A DNA stretch of 64,000 nt. It comes from Sphyrna mokarran (lineage: Eukaryota). The position numbers were made by a program, and so were the translations under genes. Of the stretch, positions 1-12,619 are shown one piece after another (position 1 is the stretch's first letter; each line of letters opens with the position of its first letter). The notes below the pieces were generated by a model, which had not been told where the DNA came from, made no database searches, and was given only the letters and a program-made list of their open reading frames with translations. The stretch is from assembly GCA_024679065.1 (NCBI GenBank), contig JAGIQG010000029.1, positions 19,096,001 to 19,160,000 on the forward strand, in the 5' to 3' direction.

Positions 1-225
1 CCCATTACCCCATGCATTTATCATAGCTAGTCCCCCTGACACTAAGGGGCAATTTAGCATGTCCAGTCAACCTAATCTGCACATCTTTGGAATGTGGGAG
101 GAAACCGGACCACCTGGAGGAAACCCATGCAGACACGGGGAGTATGTGCAAACTCCACAAAAACAGTGACCCAAGGTGGGAATCATCCCTGGGTCTTGGC
201 ATCGTGAGGCAGCAGTGCTAACTAC
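1..225 (-). mobile_element. HE1-type tRNA-derived V-SINE (partial, runs off window)
   Basis: Reverse complement reads GTTAGCACTGCTGCCTCAC...TGTGGAGTTTGCAC...TTCCTCCCACA.TCCAAAGATGTGCAG, the HE1 head and V-domain repeated throughout the window. Confidence 0.85.
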
Positions 226-234
226 TATATTGCT

Positions 235-528
235 GCCCATTTTATAGGAACATATAAAATTACAAAGGGAATGGATAAGATAGAAGCAGGGAGGTTATTT
301 CCATTGGCTGGTAAAACTGGAACTAAAGGGCATAGCCTCAAAATAAGGGGGAGCAGATTTAGGACAGAGTTGAGGAGAATCTTCTTCACCCAAAGGGTTG
401 TGAATCTTCGGAATTCCCTGCCCAATGAAGCAGTTGAGGCTATCTCACTGAATGTTTTTCAAGCAGCAATATATAGATTTTTGAACAGAAAAGGAATTAA
501 GAATTATAGTGAATGGGCGGGTAAGTAA
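235..528 (+). mobile_element. CR1/HER1-type LINE 3' fragment (ORF2 C-terminus)
   Basis: Translation TKGHSLKIRGSRFRTELRRIFFTQRVVNLRNSLP matches the CR1 ORF2 C-terminal motif (TRGH..K...FF.QRVVN.WN.LP). Confidence 0.9.
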
Positions 529-879
529 AGATGACCAGAGATTTGGTTGAGCGCCAAATTCTCCATCTTCGCTTGCAGCTGCAGTGAGATATGAACAGCC
601 AATAAGACTGTGTCCTTAGCATTTTTGGGTAAGTTCTGCCCTGAATGTAATAACGCTTCTGCTCAGCAGGAGCAAAAAAAACTGGGAATAAAATATATTT
701 TGGAATTTTTTATTATGAAGTTGCTTTTCTGTGTGATGGACAAATGGCAGGTTTTAGACAATAGGACAAACACGGAATAGCATCATATTAAACAAATATT
801 AAAAGGCTTCACAATGCTTCGATGGCAGGAGTATTGCTGCATATCATTTATAGCATCAAACATATGAACAATTAAAGTT

Positions 880-1160
880 TCATAGTATCGCTACAGTATA
901 GAAGGAGGTCATTTGGCCCATCGAGACTGTAACAACCACAATCACAGCCAGGGTCTATCCTCATAACCCCACACATTCACCTTGCTAATCCCCCCAACAC
1001 TAGCGTCAATTTTAGCTTGGACAGTCAACCTAACTTGCATATCTTTGGACTGTGGAAGGAAACCAGAGCACGTGGAGGAAAACCCACGCAGACACAAGGA
1101 GAAAGTACAAACTCTGCACAGACAGTGACCAATCAAACCTGTGTCTCTGGCACAGTGCTG
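880..1160 (-). mobile_element. HE1-type V-SINE
   Basis: V-domain and CR1-like tail on minus strand; head partly deleted. Confidence 0.85.
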
Positions 1161-1737
1161 CCCAAGTTTACTGAATAAGTTTTTAATTGTTGCCCAATAT
1201 AACAATGATCATCTACACAAGAGGAGTATTTTCTATGAGAGAGAGGTTGAATCACCTTATGGAACATTAGGGCCACAGAATTCTTCCTATGGAGAAAACA
1301 ACACAGAATTCTACTCAAGGCCAGGATTTGGCATGCACGGCTTTCTCTCTGCCGCTACGAAGCTACGTTACCATAATGCTACATTTTCATTGCAAGGCAA
1401 CAGCTAGAACAATAGAGTATGAATGCTTCACCACCACAACAGTGCAGTTCCTGAAAAGAGTGTCAAAACCTGCACAGACGAAGTTTACAGTCATGGGTGT
1501 TGTTTCCACGGCTCCAGGCACTCCATAGTACATAATGCTTTATTGCTCCATTGATTTTAATACTATAAATTTTGCAGGTATAACAGCGTTGCAGGATGGT
1601 TGGTCCGGAACATGTCAGCTCCATTCCACTTCATTACAAATAACTCCATTTACCTCGAGAAGAGTAGTAACTCCAACCATCCTATATTATGCTTGCATTT
1701 TTGTTGCTTCGTTTTTTTTTTAATTATAGACAATGTT

Positions 1738-2002
1738 TGTGGTAGTGTGGCCCCTTTAAAAGGCAATCCCTAATGAGCCATGCATTTAGGTCAAACGCTA
1801 TGGAACAGCAGTATGGGAAGCTGAGCCAATTGGGTGCGAGGACGCGCGTCCCAATTTGGGGAGGGTCTTCAGTTGGAGCCAGAAATAGAGAGTAGTTGTG
1901 TATTCAGTCCTGTAAGACCATTATTTGTAGAAATCATTTTACTGTTGGTAACAAACTCTTTATAATTTTAAGAGATAATGAGTTGCCTTCCAAGTTATTA
2001 CA
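1738..2002 (+). mobile_element. Solo LTR, Gypsy-type (related to LTR at 7679-7910)
   Basis: Starts TGTGGTAGTGTGGCC, identical to the start of the PBS-linked LTR at 7910 (minus); ends GTTATTACA; ~265 bp. Confidence 0.65.
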
Positions 2003-2121
2003 AAATTCCCTGTGCAAGGAGGAGATGGTATTGTGGCATTGTCGCTGGACTAGTAATCCAGAGACACAGGGTCTGGAGATCTGGTTTCAAATCTCAACAA
2101 GACAGATGCTGAAATTTGAAT

Positions 2122-2430
2122 TGGGGCAGCACGGTGGCACAGCGATTAGCACTGTGGCTTCACGGTGCCAGGGAGCCGGTTTCAATTCTGGCCTTGGGTG
2201 TCTGTCTGTATGGAGTTTGCACATTCTCTCTGTGCGGGTTTCCACCTAGAGTCCAAAAATGTGCGAGTTAGTTGATTGGCCGTGCTAAATTGTCCCTTAG
2301 TATCGAGGGATTAGCAAGATAAATATATGGGGTTACGTGGATAGGACTTGGGTGGGATTGTTGTCAGTGCAGGTTTGATGGGCTGAATGACCTCCTTCTG
2401 CACTGTAGGTGTTATATGATTCTATGGATT
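2122..2430 (+). mobile_element. HE1-type V-SINE, full length
   Basis: GGGCAGCACGGTGGCACAGCGATTAG (A box), GGTTTCAATTC (B box), V-domain, tail CTGCACTGTAGG...ATTCTATG. Confidence 0.9.
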
Positions 2431-2619
2431 CATGAAACGTCAATTGACAAGAAGCTATACTTTTCATTTTTAACCCTCCTTATTGCATAATCTGTACTTT
2501 TTGACCAAATACCTCTAAACATCCCAGTAATGTTTTCTTCCTCATCCCTATTCGCACCATTTTTAAGTGTAATTGCAAAGCTGCAAAAAAAAAGAGAAAG
2601 GCTGATTGGTCAGAAATCA

Positions 2620-2757
2620 GGACTTGAATTCTCCAGCCGTATATGCCTCGCCACCACAGCAAGCAAGGATGGAGAATTTGGCACTCAGTCAAATCTGCGC
2701 TCACTACAGCGACTTCAGAAAATGCTGCCGGAGTGAACAGCTGAAACATTGTGCCCC
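2620..2757. mobile_element. ~135-bp MITE, family A (Harbinger-like TIRs)
   Basis: Homologous in reverse orientation to 12917-13051 (GGAGAATTTGGCACTCAGTCAAATCT core). Confidence 0.65.
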
Positions 2758-3067
2758 AAGTACTTGTTCTTTTTGAATTAATGATTTACTTTACATTTTC
2801 CCTGCACTGCGAGCTCCTTGCATTCATACCATCTATTTGAAAAGGAGAAGCTTTGAGGGCTATGGGGAATGAGTTGGTGAGTATGATTAATTAAATATCT
2901 CTTTCTAAGAGCCAGTGCCAGTACAGAAACAATGGTCCAAATAGCCTATTTTTTATGCCATTTGATTCTGTTGTGCTCAGGTGGGAAAAGGAGATAACCT
3001 AAGCCACAAACAGGCAACACACTACATGGGCACTTGGGCAACAGACACTGGTATTCATCCCGGAATG

Positions 3068-3223
3068 GTTTTTAAGTTTTAAGTTTATTTATTAGTCACA
3101 AGCAGGCTTACATTAGCACTGCATTGAAGTTACTGTGAAAATTCTCTAGTCGCCACCAGCACCTATTTGGTGCATTGAGGGAGAAATTAACACTGCCAAT
3201 ATACCTAACCAGCACGTCTTTCG
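3068..3223 (-). mobile_element. V-SINE variant, 3' fragment with alternative tail
   Basis: Reverse complement ends TGTAAGCCTGCTTGTGACTAATAAATAAACTTAAAACTT, same tail as 29825, 35470 and 57908 copies. Confidence 0.75.
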
Positions 3224-3363
3224 ATGAATTCAGGCAAAAACAAACATGACAATCTCGATAGAAAGATGTCCATTAGGGGTAGAAAGTGGACCTCAGTGTT
3301 CCTACTTCAGAACCAATGATCTGTGCCCCAGTGTTAAAAACTTTCGAATGCAAAAATTGGGAT

Positions 3364-3448
3364 GAGCCATTTATCAGATGCAACCAGAGGCCACCTGGAT
3401 GCATTTATCGAATGCAGGTGACCTCTGGATGCATCCGATAAATGGCTC
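3364..3448. repeat. 85-bp palindrome / hairpin
   Basis: 34-bp arms 3364-3397 and 3415-3448 are reverse complements with 3 mismatches. Confidence 0.9.
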
Positions 3449-4509
3449 TGCCACATTTAAGGATTTGTGTGAATGGACACCAAGATTCCTCTACTCATCT
3501 ACACTTCTCAAAACCATGCAAAGCATTTCTTGAAAGAGCATCATTTCATCCTTCCATTGAACTCCATCTGCTAAATTTCTGCCCATTTCATTCCCTGTTT
3601 CTGTCATCCATGTCACTATCTATTACTTTGCTAATTTTTGTACCATCTGCTGACTTTATCATACTGCATCCTACACCCAGATTTAACTGTATATAAAAGA
3701 TTTTAAAAAGAGCAAGATGGAAAGCAGCAAACTGTTTGGTAAACATACATCCACTCTGACATTTTGCTTCCTGTCACTGGGCCAATTTTGACCACATCAC
3801 AACTTTTCCTTTAACTCTGCACATTTCCATTTTCCTTATCAAGGCTCCTGCATGGTTTGGCTTTTTGAAATAATGAACATTATAATGAATGGAATTAGAT
3901 GGAAAATACTGATTTATCGATGAGCACGAGAGCTGGCGAATGACTGAAGTGAAGTCTTTATCTTTATATCAAGCTCAGAAAGAAGTTGTCATCACCTGAT
4001 TATGTGAATCTTATGGAGGCAGTAAGAAGTTTTTCCCTTAAGCTTAATCTCAACTGATTTCACAAAATTGCTAATCAGAAAATTATATTTATTTTTTTTT
4101 ACAGGCATGATGTGGCATATTTGCCACATTACAAAAAATGTTGCAAGACAGGTAAAATAAATCACTGCAAACATTGTTCTATTTGCTTTCATAACACATG
4201 TAAAATGAAGCAAGCTGTTGCTTTTTAAACCTGCGTCATATTAGGCACACATTGCAAATACAGATGAGCAATCATGATATTCAGTTGATTTAATTGGGTT
4301 TTTTTGGGTACAAGTCCCTAGGCAGTTGAAGTTACTTCCTGGTTATAGGGGACACTGAATCAACAATATATTAGTGCTGCCCAAAATATGCAAAAGTGGG
4401 CTTGCAATTTGTAACAGAGAGCTCAAGCAAATTACAATCTAAATTAATTTACTGAATTATGTCTAATATCCATTATCTGATATGCAATTTTTTTTAACAT
4501 TCATTGCTC

Positions 4510-4812
4510 CTCTACTAGAACCAGAGAGCACAATCTCAGGCTAAAGGGATGATCCTTTAAAACAGATATGAGGAGGAATTTCTTCAGCCAGAGAATGGTG
4601 AATCTGTGGAACTCTTTGCCACAGAATGTTGTGGAGGCCAGGTTATTGAATGCCTTTAAGACAGAGATAGATAGGTTATTGATTAATAAGGGGATCAGGA
4701 GTTATGGGGAAAAGGCAGGAGAATAGGAATGAGAAAATATCAGCCATGATTGAATGGCAGAGCAGACTCAATGGGACGACTGGTCTAATTCTGCTCCTAT
4801 GTCTTATGATTC
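4510..4812 (+). mobile_element. CR1-type LINE 3' end
   Basis: ATGAGGAGGAATTTCTTCAGCCAGAGAATGGTGAATCTGTGGAAC...ATCAGCCATGATTGAATGGC...CCTATGTCTTATG tail. Confidence 0.88.
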
Positions 4813-6205
4813 TTGGATATTGTCAATTCTGTCTTTGACATCTAATATCAAAGAGAGTTGGTTGGGTTGGGGAATTATGTTCACATCTGGGGGTATCTTC
4901 TAATCTGTGCTGCTTTTTCCAGCCAAACATATTGTCCACAAGTAGCATAGAATTATTCTTTTACTCATATATCTTGTACTTCCCCACATTCCCAACGTTG
5001 ATGCTTCTTCAAAAGCTGAAGTGCAGCTAAAATTGTAGACATATTTTGTAAGGGTCTTCCATAATAATTCACTGTTCCCAGGAATGATTTTAAAGTCTGA
5101 TGCATTTTTAGGTTGTGATGCTTCATTTATGGCTTTAACTTTATCCTAAAGGATGCAAGACTTTAGCAGCTTCACTGAAACCTAGGTATGTAACTTTATC
5201 CACCTGGAAAGTGCATTTCTCTTGTTTCAAATGGATACATCCCTGCTTTAAATTTTCCCAAACTTTCCTCTAAGTTTGGATTGTGTTCCTCAAATGAAGC
5301 TCCTGTAATCAAGATGTCATCTAGATAAATAATGACATTAGGAATACCCTGTAATTAATTCTCCATCGTACATTGGAAATGAAACCACAAAAAATAAAAG
5401 TGTGCACTGGTATGGTCGCCTTGTGGGTAGCAATCAACTTCTGAAAATTCTCATCGAATTCCAGTTGCAAGGAGGTGTGACTGAGGTCTAATTTGGTGCC
5501 CTTCAGGCTCCTGCTAATCTGGCGTAGAGATCCTCAGTTTTTGAAAGAGGGTACCTATCTGTCCAAGCTCCTTGATTGACAGTTAGTTTATAATCCCTCA
5601 CATATTTGTACAGTGCAATCCAGTTTGAGAATAGGAACTATGAGTGCAGCCCATTCAGGGAACTTTACAGTCTTATAACAACAAAATCTTTCAATTTTTC
5701 TCTATTCAACCTTGTGATGCAATGCGTAAGGCACTGGCAGGCCTGAAAGATTTTTGGCATTGCTTGGGGTTCAGATAAATTTTGGCTTAAACTCCTTTTA
5801 TTTGTCAAAGTTTCTTTTGAAAAAACTCTATTCATTTACACAAAAACCTGGAAGTTTAATATTTTCAACTAATCTAATTTAATCTGTTTCAACCAACCTG
5901 ACCCATTTGGCAATGTCTGTGACCCTCAATTACTGGAAGAGATAGTTGAGTTGTTTGGTTTCCATGGGATACAGTAATACTGCTGACCCTACTATCTTCA
6001 ATGTTCCTTCTGTATAAGTAGATAAAATGACTCCTGATTCACTCAATCTCAATGACTTAAGATCTTTTTGAAGATAACAAAATGCCTGCACCCCAATGGC
6101 TGTGGCTCCTGTATTGACCGCCATTTTAAGGAATCTGCTGTTTACCAGCAAGGATATCTCTATAAGAGGCACCTTATTGAGTTAGATCTGGTTTAGGGTA
6201 TACGA

Positions 6206-6233
6206 TTTGAGTTGAGTTGAGTTGAGTTGAGTT
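6206..6233. repeat. (GAGTT)n microsatellite
   Basis: About 5 tandem GAGTT units. Confidence 0.9.
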
Positions 6234-6346
6234 ACTCATCCAGTTTTATTAACAGAGTTAAACTAACCATTATTATTTTGTTTTATGTTCTGTCCTGACT
6301 GTTTCATTTTGCACCACACTTGTAAATGACCCTGTTGCTTATATCC

Positions 6347-6759
6347 ATAACATAAACTACAAAGGGTTGTGAATGAAGCCCAGTCCATTACTCAAACCGG
6401 CCTCCCATCCATTGATACTGTTTACACTTCCCACTGCCTCAGAGAAGCAGCCAGCATAATTATGGACTCCATGCCCCCTGGACATTCTCTCTTCCATCTT
6501 CTTCCAAAGGGAAAAAGATACAAAGTTTGAGATCGCATACCAGCTGATGCAAAAACAGCTTCTTCCTTGCTGCCATCAGAATTTTGAATGGATCTACATC
6601 TCATTAAGTTGATCTTTCTCTATCTAGCTCTGACTGTAACACTACATTCTGCACTCCCTCCTTCTCTATAAATGGTATGCTTTGTCTGTAATAGCATGCA
6701 AGAAACAATACTTTTCACTGTATATTAATACATATGACAATAATAAATCAAATCAAATG
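6347..6759 (+). mobile_element. Rex1/Babar-type LINE 3' end inserted into the Gypsy remnant
   Basis: Translates KLQRVVNEAQSITQTGLPSI...HSLFHLLPKGKRYKSLRSHTS*CKNSFFLAAIRILN; ends AATAAATCAAATCAAAT. Confidence 0.85.
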
Positions 6760-7665
6760 TATAATTTCTTCACCAGCAGATTTCTTGGGTGCTCTCACGC
6801 ACATTGGAAACAGGTTTTTACCTCAGTGCTGTACTTACCTTCTCAGAATCAAGCTGTTCATCACAGCACCAGTTTTCCACCACAAACACTTTGTAATTCA
6901 CTTGCGAACCTACTCATGCATTCAGTGCCTTGGGCCATTTTCATAGCATTCTCTAAAGAGATTTTAGTCTTAGTCAGCAGCTTCTTCTGTATTACAAGGC
7001 TGTTTATGCCACTAACCAAACGGCCTCTTAACATCTCCCCTAAAGCTGGATTTGAATTTGCAGTGCTCCGCTAGCTTCTCAACCTGGCCAGAAAACTGAA
7101 GACGAACCCCACTAACTCCTGACTGCAAAGTAAAATTTGTATTTCAACATCATGAGTGAAGGTTGGGGATTAAAGCGAGTTTTAACCAATTCGGAATAGC
7201 TGATCAGAAGAGTAGGATTCCCCGGCATCCCAGCCACATGTTTCTCAGAGGGGTGAGCGTACTGTTCACTTGTTGCAGGAGTCTTTGGTCCCACCTCTGT
7301 TGATAGTATTTCTCATGGAAGCCACCCACTGCTGCTAGGAAACACATGGTAGGATTAGAGAATCCCACTGGTGTCAATGGCATTTGATTCTAAAGCGTCA
7401 GACAATGTTAAACTCCTCACTTGGCTGTAAGTTTGTGGCCACAGACTGAAAATCGCCTTCTGCTTTTCCTCTGTTATAATCTTATTTGCTACACAGAAAT
7501 AACACAGCCTTTCAATATCCTGCCCCATGTATTCCACCTCTGGATCAAACAACTCAATCTTTCCGATGACGTAGTGTGTGTACCTTGATTCTTCATAGCT
7601 TCGATGCTCAGTCTCCTCCTCCTCTAGCTGCACACAGTGATCTCGCAATGACTAACGACCGTTTT

Positions 7666-7677
7666 TCCTCATCGCCA
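7666..7677 (-). other. Primer-binding site, probably tRNA-Ser(GCU)
   Basis: TGGCGATGAGGA directly after the LTR; one change from TGGCGACGAGGA, the complement of the tRNA-Ser(GCU) 3' end as I recall it. Confidence 0.7.
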
Positions 7678-9919
7678 GTATCATAACATTGAAGGCGATC
7701 CTTTGCAGCTTCAAGGCAAGAAGGGTTTATTAACAACAACATGTGCAGGCAATGGTCTGACAGAACAATAACAAGTCTACACTTTTCTGCTCAGTGGCTG
7801 CAGCTGAGGTTCCTTCCTTACCCAGGATTCATGCCCATCTGCACTCTTCTGAGTACTCAGCTGATCACGTGGCCCTTAGGGATCACCCACATAAAGGCCA
7901 CACTACCACAGACATTAAAAGGAACAGCAAAATAGTTGGAGGAGAAAGAAAATGCAGAGCAATGGCAAACAGCAAGCAACTGGGACTATCTGGATTGCTC
8001 AATCAGTGCAGATTAAATGGCTCCAATGGTTTTTGTCTGTGCTGTATTATTCTAAGATTCTATAAGCATGTTTTTTAAGCATACTAAAACCCCCAGAAAG
8101 CAATAAAGAAAATTGACCTGAACTCATTTGCTGTTCACACGTTTGAACTTGCTAAATACTTCCAGCATTCGCTGTTTTTACAACATAATAAGATTTATTT
8201 TCCACAATTTCTTAAATATTAGATATGTAGAAAAAAGCTGCCTTGTTTATGACTTATAAAACAAATTGCACAGTTCAATGTTCACATTGCTTTGCCTCAT
8301 TTAGTTTATCCTGTCTGACAGCAGTCATTATGGCTACTAATTATAGCTGCTTACTCCCCTGTCAGTGGATGGCTATTTCTTGTTTACAAAAAAAACTATC
8401 AGTCGACACTGGGGACATTTAACATTCAAAATCTATTCTTCTTTCAATTTTCATGATTAAGAATGGCTTTTCAGGTCTACATCATGAAATCATAAACTCT
8501 CCTTCTCTGCCTTTTATGGTGAGAATCAATAACGTGCATCTATTTATCACTGCTGCCCTCTGCGTGCCCTCTGCCTCTTAAACACAAGATTCGTGAAGCT
8601 TTACTGAGCTTTGATCTCAACTGAGATTTACACAAATCTATTCCCATCTTTACGATGGATGAGGACCAATATATCAGTGATCAGCTATCATTTATTTTTA
8701 AAATGACCTCTCCCATTGACCTGTTGCTGATAATCAATTGTGTGAATTAAGCTTTCTTTCAAACCTTTTTTTATATGTATGGTTTAACACGTTGTATGCT
8801 TTCTCCAAATTTCTTTGCACTCTTTCAGTGTGAAGGCTGGAATATGGAATAACTATCTTACTGAACAGTGCAGCAGGTTCAAAGGGCTGACTGGCCTACT
8901 CCTGCTCTTAATTTGTATGTTCATTTGCTCATGAAGGTCAGTATTACGTTGCCGCTTAGATTTCTCCATCATTGGACAAGATACTGTGTCAGAAAGTTGG
9001 TGCAGACTCTTTGGGGCAGAATGGCCTCTTCCCCACTGCAGGGATTCAATGACGACTTGACTTCTTAATTAGCAGGAGCCTCTGTAGGACAAACTTGATC
9101 AGATTTCTGATGTTTTTCCAACTCTGCTCCAAACATGAAATAGTCGATTGGCAGAGCATTCTCTATCCCCAGATAATAACTTGGTAGTTTGGAATTTTAC
9201 TGAACTGAGATTTGAACTTTTAGTGCCTCCACTGGCAACCTAACTACTGCTACAAGTGACACCAATCAAGTTGTCCCAGTTTCAGCTATGATCAAATTTG
9301 GATAATTGTCATGTGACTAATTCAAGGACCTTAAGGAATTATGTGCTGTTAGTTAGAACATTGTCGCTTCGCCTTCCCAACTTGGATTCAAGTCCAAGTT
9401 GATCAAAAGGATGTTCTCTTCTTCCTGCTGACTGTGCGTCCTAAAGAAAATACATCTCAACCATTTTAGTCCACTGAAAAATGTGATCAATATATCTTTG
9501 AATTCAATACCAATTTACCAGGACATGCATCATTCATGGGTAATTCAAGCTTAACTATTTGTGATAATTCAACAAACTCCTAATGTGGAATTTTCAGAAT
9601 TTGACAACCATTCCATCCAAACAGATGATTGATTGGGATTTTCCGCACTCAGATTGGGGCTGGTATGTTTGATGTCCAAGCTGGAAAATATCACGAGAAG
9701 CATCTAGACGTGTTTTCTGGTGGTGTAAATGCTAGACGCTAGTCAAGAAAGACCATAAGAAATAGGGGCGGGAGGAAGCCATTCAGTCCTTCAAGTCTAC
9801 TCCACCATTCAATAGGATCATGGCTGATCCAACATTCTGCAGGTCTTCTTTCCTGCTTTTCTTCCATCACCCTGGATTTCCTGCTGATCAAAAATCTATT
9901 TCCGCTTTAATATACTCAA

Positions 9920-10058
9920 GAGCTGTAATTTACTGATCTTATTTGCCCCACTACTGCTGACAGGGAAAACAGAGAATTTAGTGCTCAGCCAAAACTCCAT
10001 TCATTCCAGCAGGACCAGAAAATCCCAGCCACAGACTAGGTTGGAAAATCCATCCCAG
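9920..10058. mobile_element. MITE family A copy
   Basis: GAGAATTTAGTGCTCAGCCAAAACTCC core; ends GGTTGGAAAATCCATCCC. Confidence 0.55.
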
Positions 10059-10840
10059 GGACTCTGCCCCACAGCTCTCTACGGCAAGCAGAGGAAGGAC
10101 TTACAATCTGCTGAGACAAAAAATTCCTCCTCATCGCAGACTGAAATTGATATCCCTTTATTCTCTGGTCTTAGACTTCCCATCAGGGGGAATATCTTTT
10201 CAAACCAAGGTGTATGTCTCTGAGCTGGTGAGGATGTAGGCGAGCGCCGCGACAGGCCAACAATTTTGGTGTCTGTTGATTGCTTGTTGGTGCTGTTCTT
10301 GGGACTGGAGTCCAGGACCTGGCTTGTGGACCCCTTCAGCTGTGTCCGCGATATGCTTGCGAAAAAAATGAGGGGTCATTAATGCTTGATAGGGGCCTGT
10401 GAAACAGGAGAAATCATTCATAACTTTGCTGTCAGATGGATGTTGCTGTGCAGGATTCTCACTTGATTGAATGCTGCCGATCTCACTGTCAGCACAGTAA
10501 CAATCCACGCCTTCGCTGGCCATCTGAATCACTACATCCATAAAGTCTGTCAGGACCTTATGTTTAGGCATCCCTCCATCATTCTGGGACCTCTCCCTTT
10601 TGTTGTGTCAGCTTATCTTGCATGAAGACAGATGGAAAGAGCATCAGCAGGACAAGTGGCAGGCCAGGTGCTAAGGATGCTGGAATTTGTGCAGGATGAA
10701 TGGGGCCATGGAAGGGATGTGGTCACAACTTGCATGGGAGATGGAGGTGTGTGCAGGAGAATGAATGAGCTAACATTGAACGAGATCCCTGTGGATGTGT
10801 GGTGAGACTGAGAGTGTGTGAGTTAAGAGTGATGAGAAGA

Positions 10841-11056
10841 GAGTGGAATGAAGGAGATCGTTCATTCTCTTCCTGCACTGGATGGCCATCTTCCTTTAGA
10901 AGGTATTGGCGCTGACTATCACTGCCACCACTGCCCATACTGGATGTATGATCTTTGCCCAGAGCGCAGGTAGAGGGCCTCCACTGTGCTGGATAAGTGC
11001 TCAAAGAAGGTGTCATTAAGTTTGGAAACAGGTGTTTTTCTAGCTTTGGCTGCCAT
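10841..11056 (-). pseudogene. PIF/Harbinger Myb/SANT-like DNA-binding ORF exon remnant
   Basis: MAAKARKTPVSKLNDTFFEHLSSTVEA.../...VIVSANTF*RKMAIQCRKRMNDLL matches the trihelix pattern (RF.D..L..L...V ... W..V...V ... QC.K..NDL). Confidence 0.75.
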
Positions 11057-11599
11057 CAGTTCTAAGTAGCTTCTTAGCCATTGGAGAGAATTAGTTCTGA
11101 GCAAGGGGTGGCCTTCAAATATGGAGTCTGGATACAGGAAGTTTCTAAGGTCAGGATAGGATGGGCAAATGAGAGGCCAGCAACATGATGTGAAACTAAG
11201 TTCCGCATAGTATATCATAAAATGCCACTTTTGGCTTCAAAGGGTCGACTTCTGAAGTCTGGAATGATTCCACCTGACAAGTATTGTTTGCAGTGGTTCA
11301 ATCTGCTACCTCTTGTCATTCCTATATAGGCATAGCTGCTGGATATAACCAGCTGGGAATTAGGCAGATGCCTTTACTTTGCTCAATATTTTCCAAGCAC
11401 TATTCCATTCAAATCACTTTGACTATGCAGTATCAGAATACTATTTAATAAATTGGAAATCCTTATATCAATTTTCCTGAACTCTGATAAAGAAGTTCAA
11501 TGTTTGAGTATTAAAAACTGTGTAACTGATTAGCCTCTGAATGTAGTGAAGGGTTACCAGACCTTTAACTGTTCAAAGCAGTCCTCCGCCATGCAAAAT

Positions 11600-12350
11600 A
11601 GACATCCCTCATACTGCTGATGATATGTTCTTTCTCAGGGTGGTGTGTGACTTGGAGAGAAACCAACAAGTGATGATTTCCCAATCATTGTTCTTGTTTC
11701 TTTAGGAAATAGAGGTCGTAGATTTGGAAGGTGCTGTCAAAGAATCCTTGGTGAGTTGCTGCAATGCATCTTGTAGATAGTACACACTGTACAGCAGGTG
11801 TGCCGATAGTGGAAGGAGTAGATATTTAAGATGTTTGTTGGGGAGCCAATCAAATAGGCTGTTTTGTCCTGCATGATGTCAAGGTTCTTCAGAGTTGTTG
11901 AAACTACACTTCTCCAGACAAGCGAGCCAATTTGTGCCTTATTAATGGTGGACTGACTCTGGGAATTATGAGTTGACTCATTCAATGCAGCCTCTCTCCT
12001 ACTCTCGTAGCCAAAATATTTATGTGGCTAATCTGATTACATTTTCGCTCAATGGTGACCATAAATGTTGATGGTGTTGGATTTGATAATGGTAATGTAA
12101 GGGGAACTGACTAGACTAGACTTTCTTCTGTTTGAGATGATAATAGCCTGGCACTTGTGGAGTGTGAATGTTACTTGACAGTTCACAGTTCAAGCCTGAA
12201 TGTTTATGAACTGCTTCATTATCTAAGGAGATGCAAATGGTAGTGAACACTGTGCAATCATTGGAATGCATTGTCACTTCTGACCTTATGATACTATGAA
12301 GGGCCTCAGTGAAACAGCTAAAAATGGCTGGGCCAATGACACTGCCCTGA
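11600..12350 (-). mobile_element. LINE RT/C-terminal fragment (CR1/L2 group, lineage distinct from HER1)
   Basis: QGSVIGPAIFSCF (RT domain B) and LDIMQDKTAYLIG...TVCTIYKMHCSNSPRIL. Confidence 0.8.
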
Positions 12351-12615
12351 GTTCGATTCCTGGCTTCGGTCATTGTCTGTGCGGAGTGTGCACATTCTTC
12401 CCTTATTTACATGGGTTTCCTCTGGGTCCTCCAGTTTCCTCTCACAGTGCAAAAATGTGCGGTTAAGTTGATGGCCATCTGAATTAACCCTAGAGTCAGA
12501 TTAGCAGGGCAAATATGTGGGATTATGGGAATGAGGCCTGGATTGGATTGTGGTCAGTGCAGACTCAATAGACTGAAAGGCCTCCTTCTGTACTGTAGGG
12601 ATTCTATGAACATTC
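12345..12615 (+). mobile_element. HE1-type V-SINE, 5'-truncated
   Basis: B box GAGTTCGATTCC, V-domain, GGGATTCTATG tail. Confidence 0.85.
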
Positions 12616-12619
12616 TATA

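Larger units (their letters stand above)
4830..7910 (-). mobile_element. Decayed Gypsy/Ty3 LTR retrotransposon (5' LTR, PBS, gag, protease, RT), 3'-truncated
   Basis: Minus strand in order: LTR 7910-7679, PBS TGGCGATGAGGA, gag IGKIELFDPEVE...ERLCYFCVANKI..EEKQKAI, protease-like AVNTGA, RT EWAALIVPILK...DYKLTVN...KLDLS...GIPNVIIYLDDILITG (YLDD 5316-5327), SFLGTVNYY; many stops and frameshifts. Confidence 0.88.

Noticed and set aside
2122-2200. tRNA-like A/B boxes here and in other SINE heads
   Set aside because: They run into V-domain and LINE-type tails; SINE heads, not tRNA genes
4105-4151. 47-nt segment between TTTTACAG and GTAAAA containing a small palindrome
   Set aside because: Weak donor, no recognisable peptide, no partner exons found
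10200-10571. 123-aa minus-strand ORF
   Set aside because: No recognisable domain; lies beside the Harbinger Myb relic and is probably decayed element sequence
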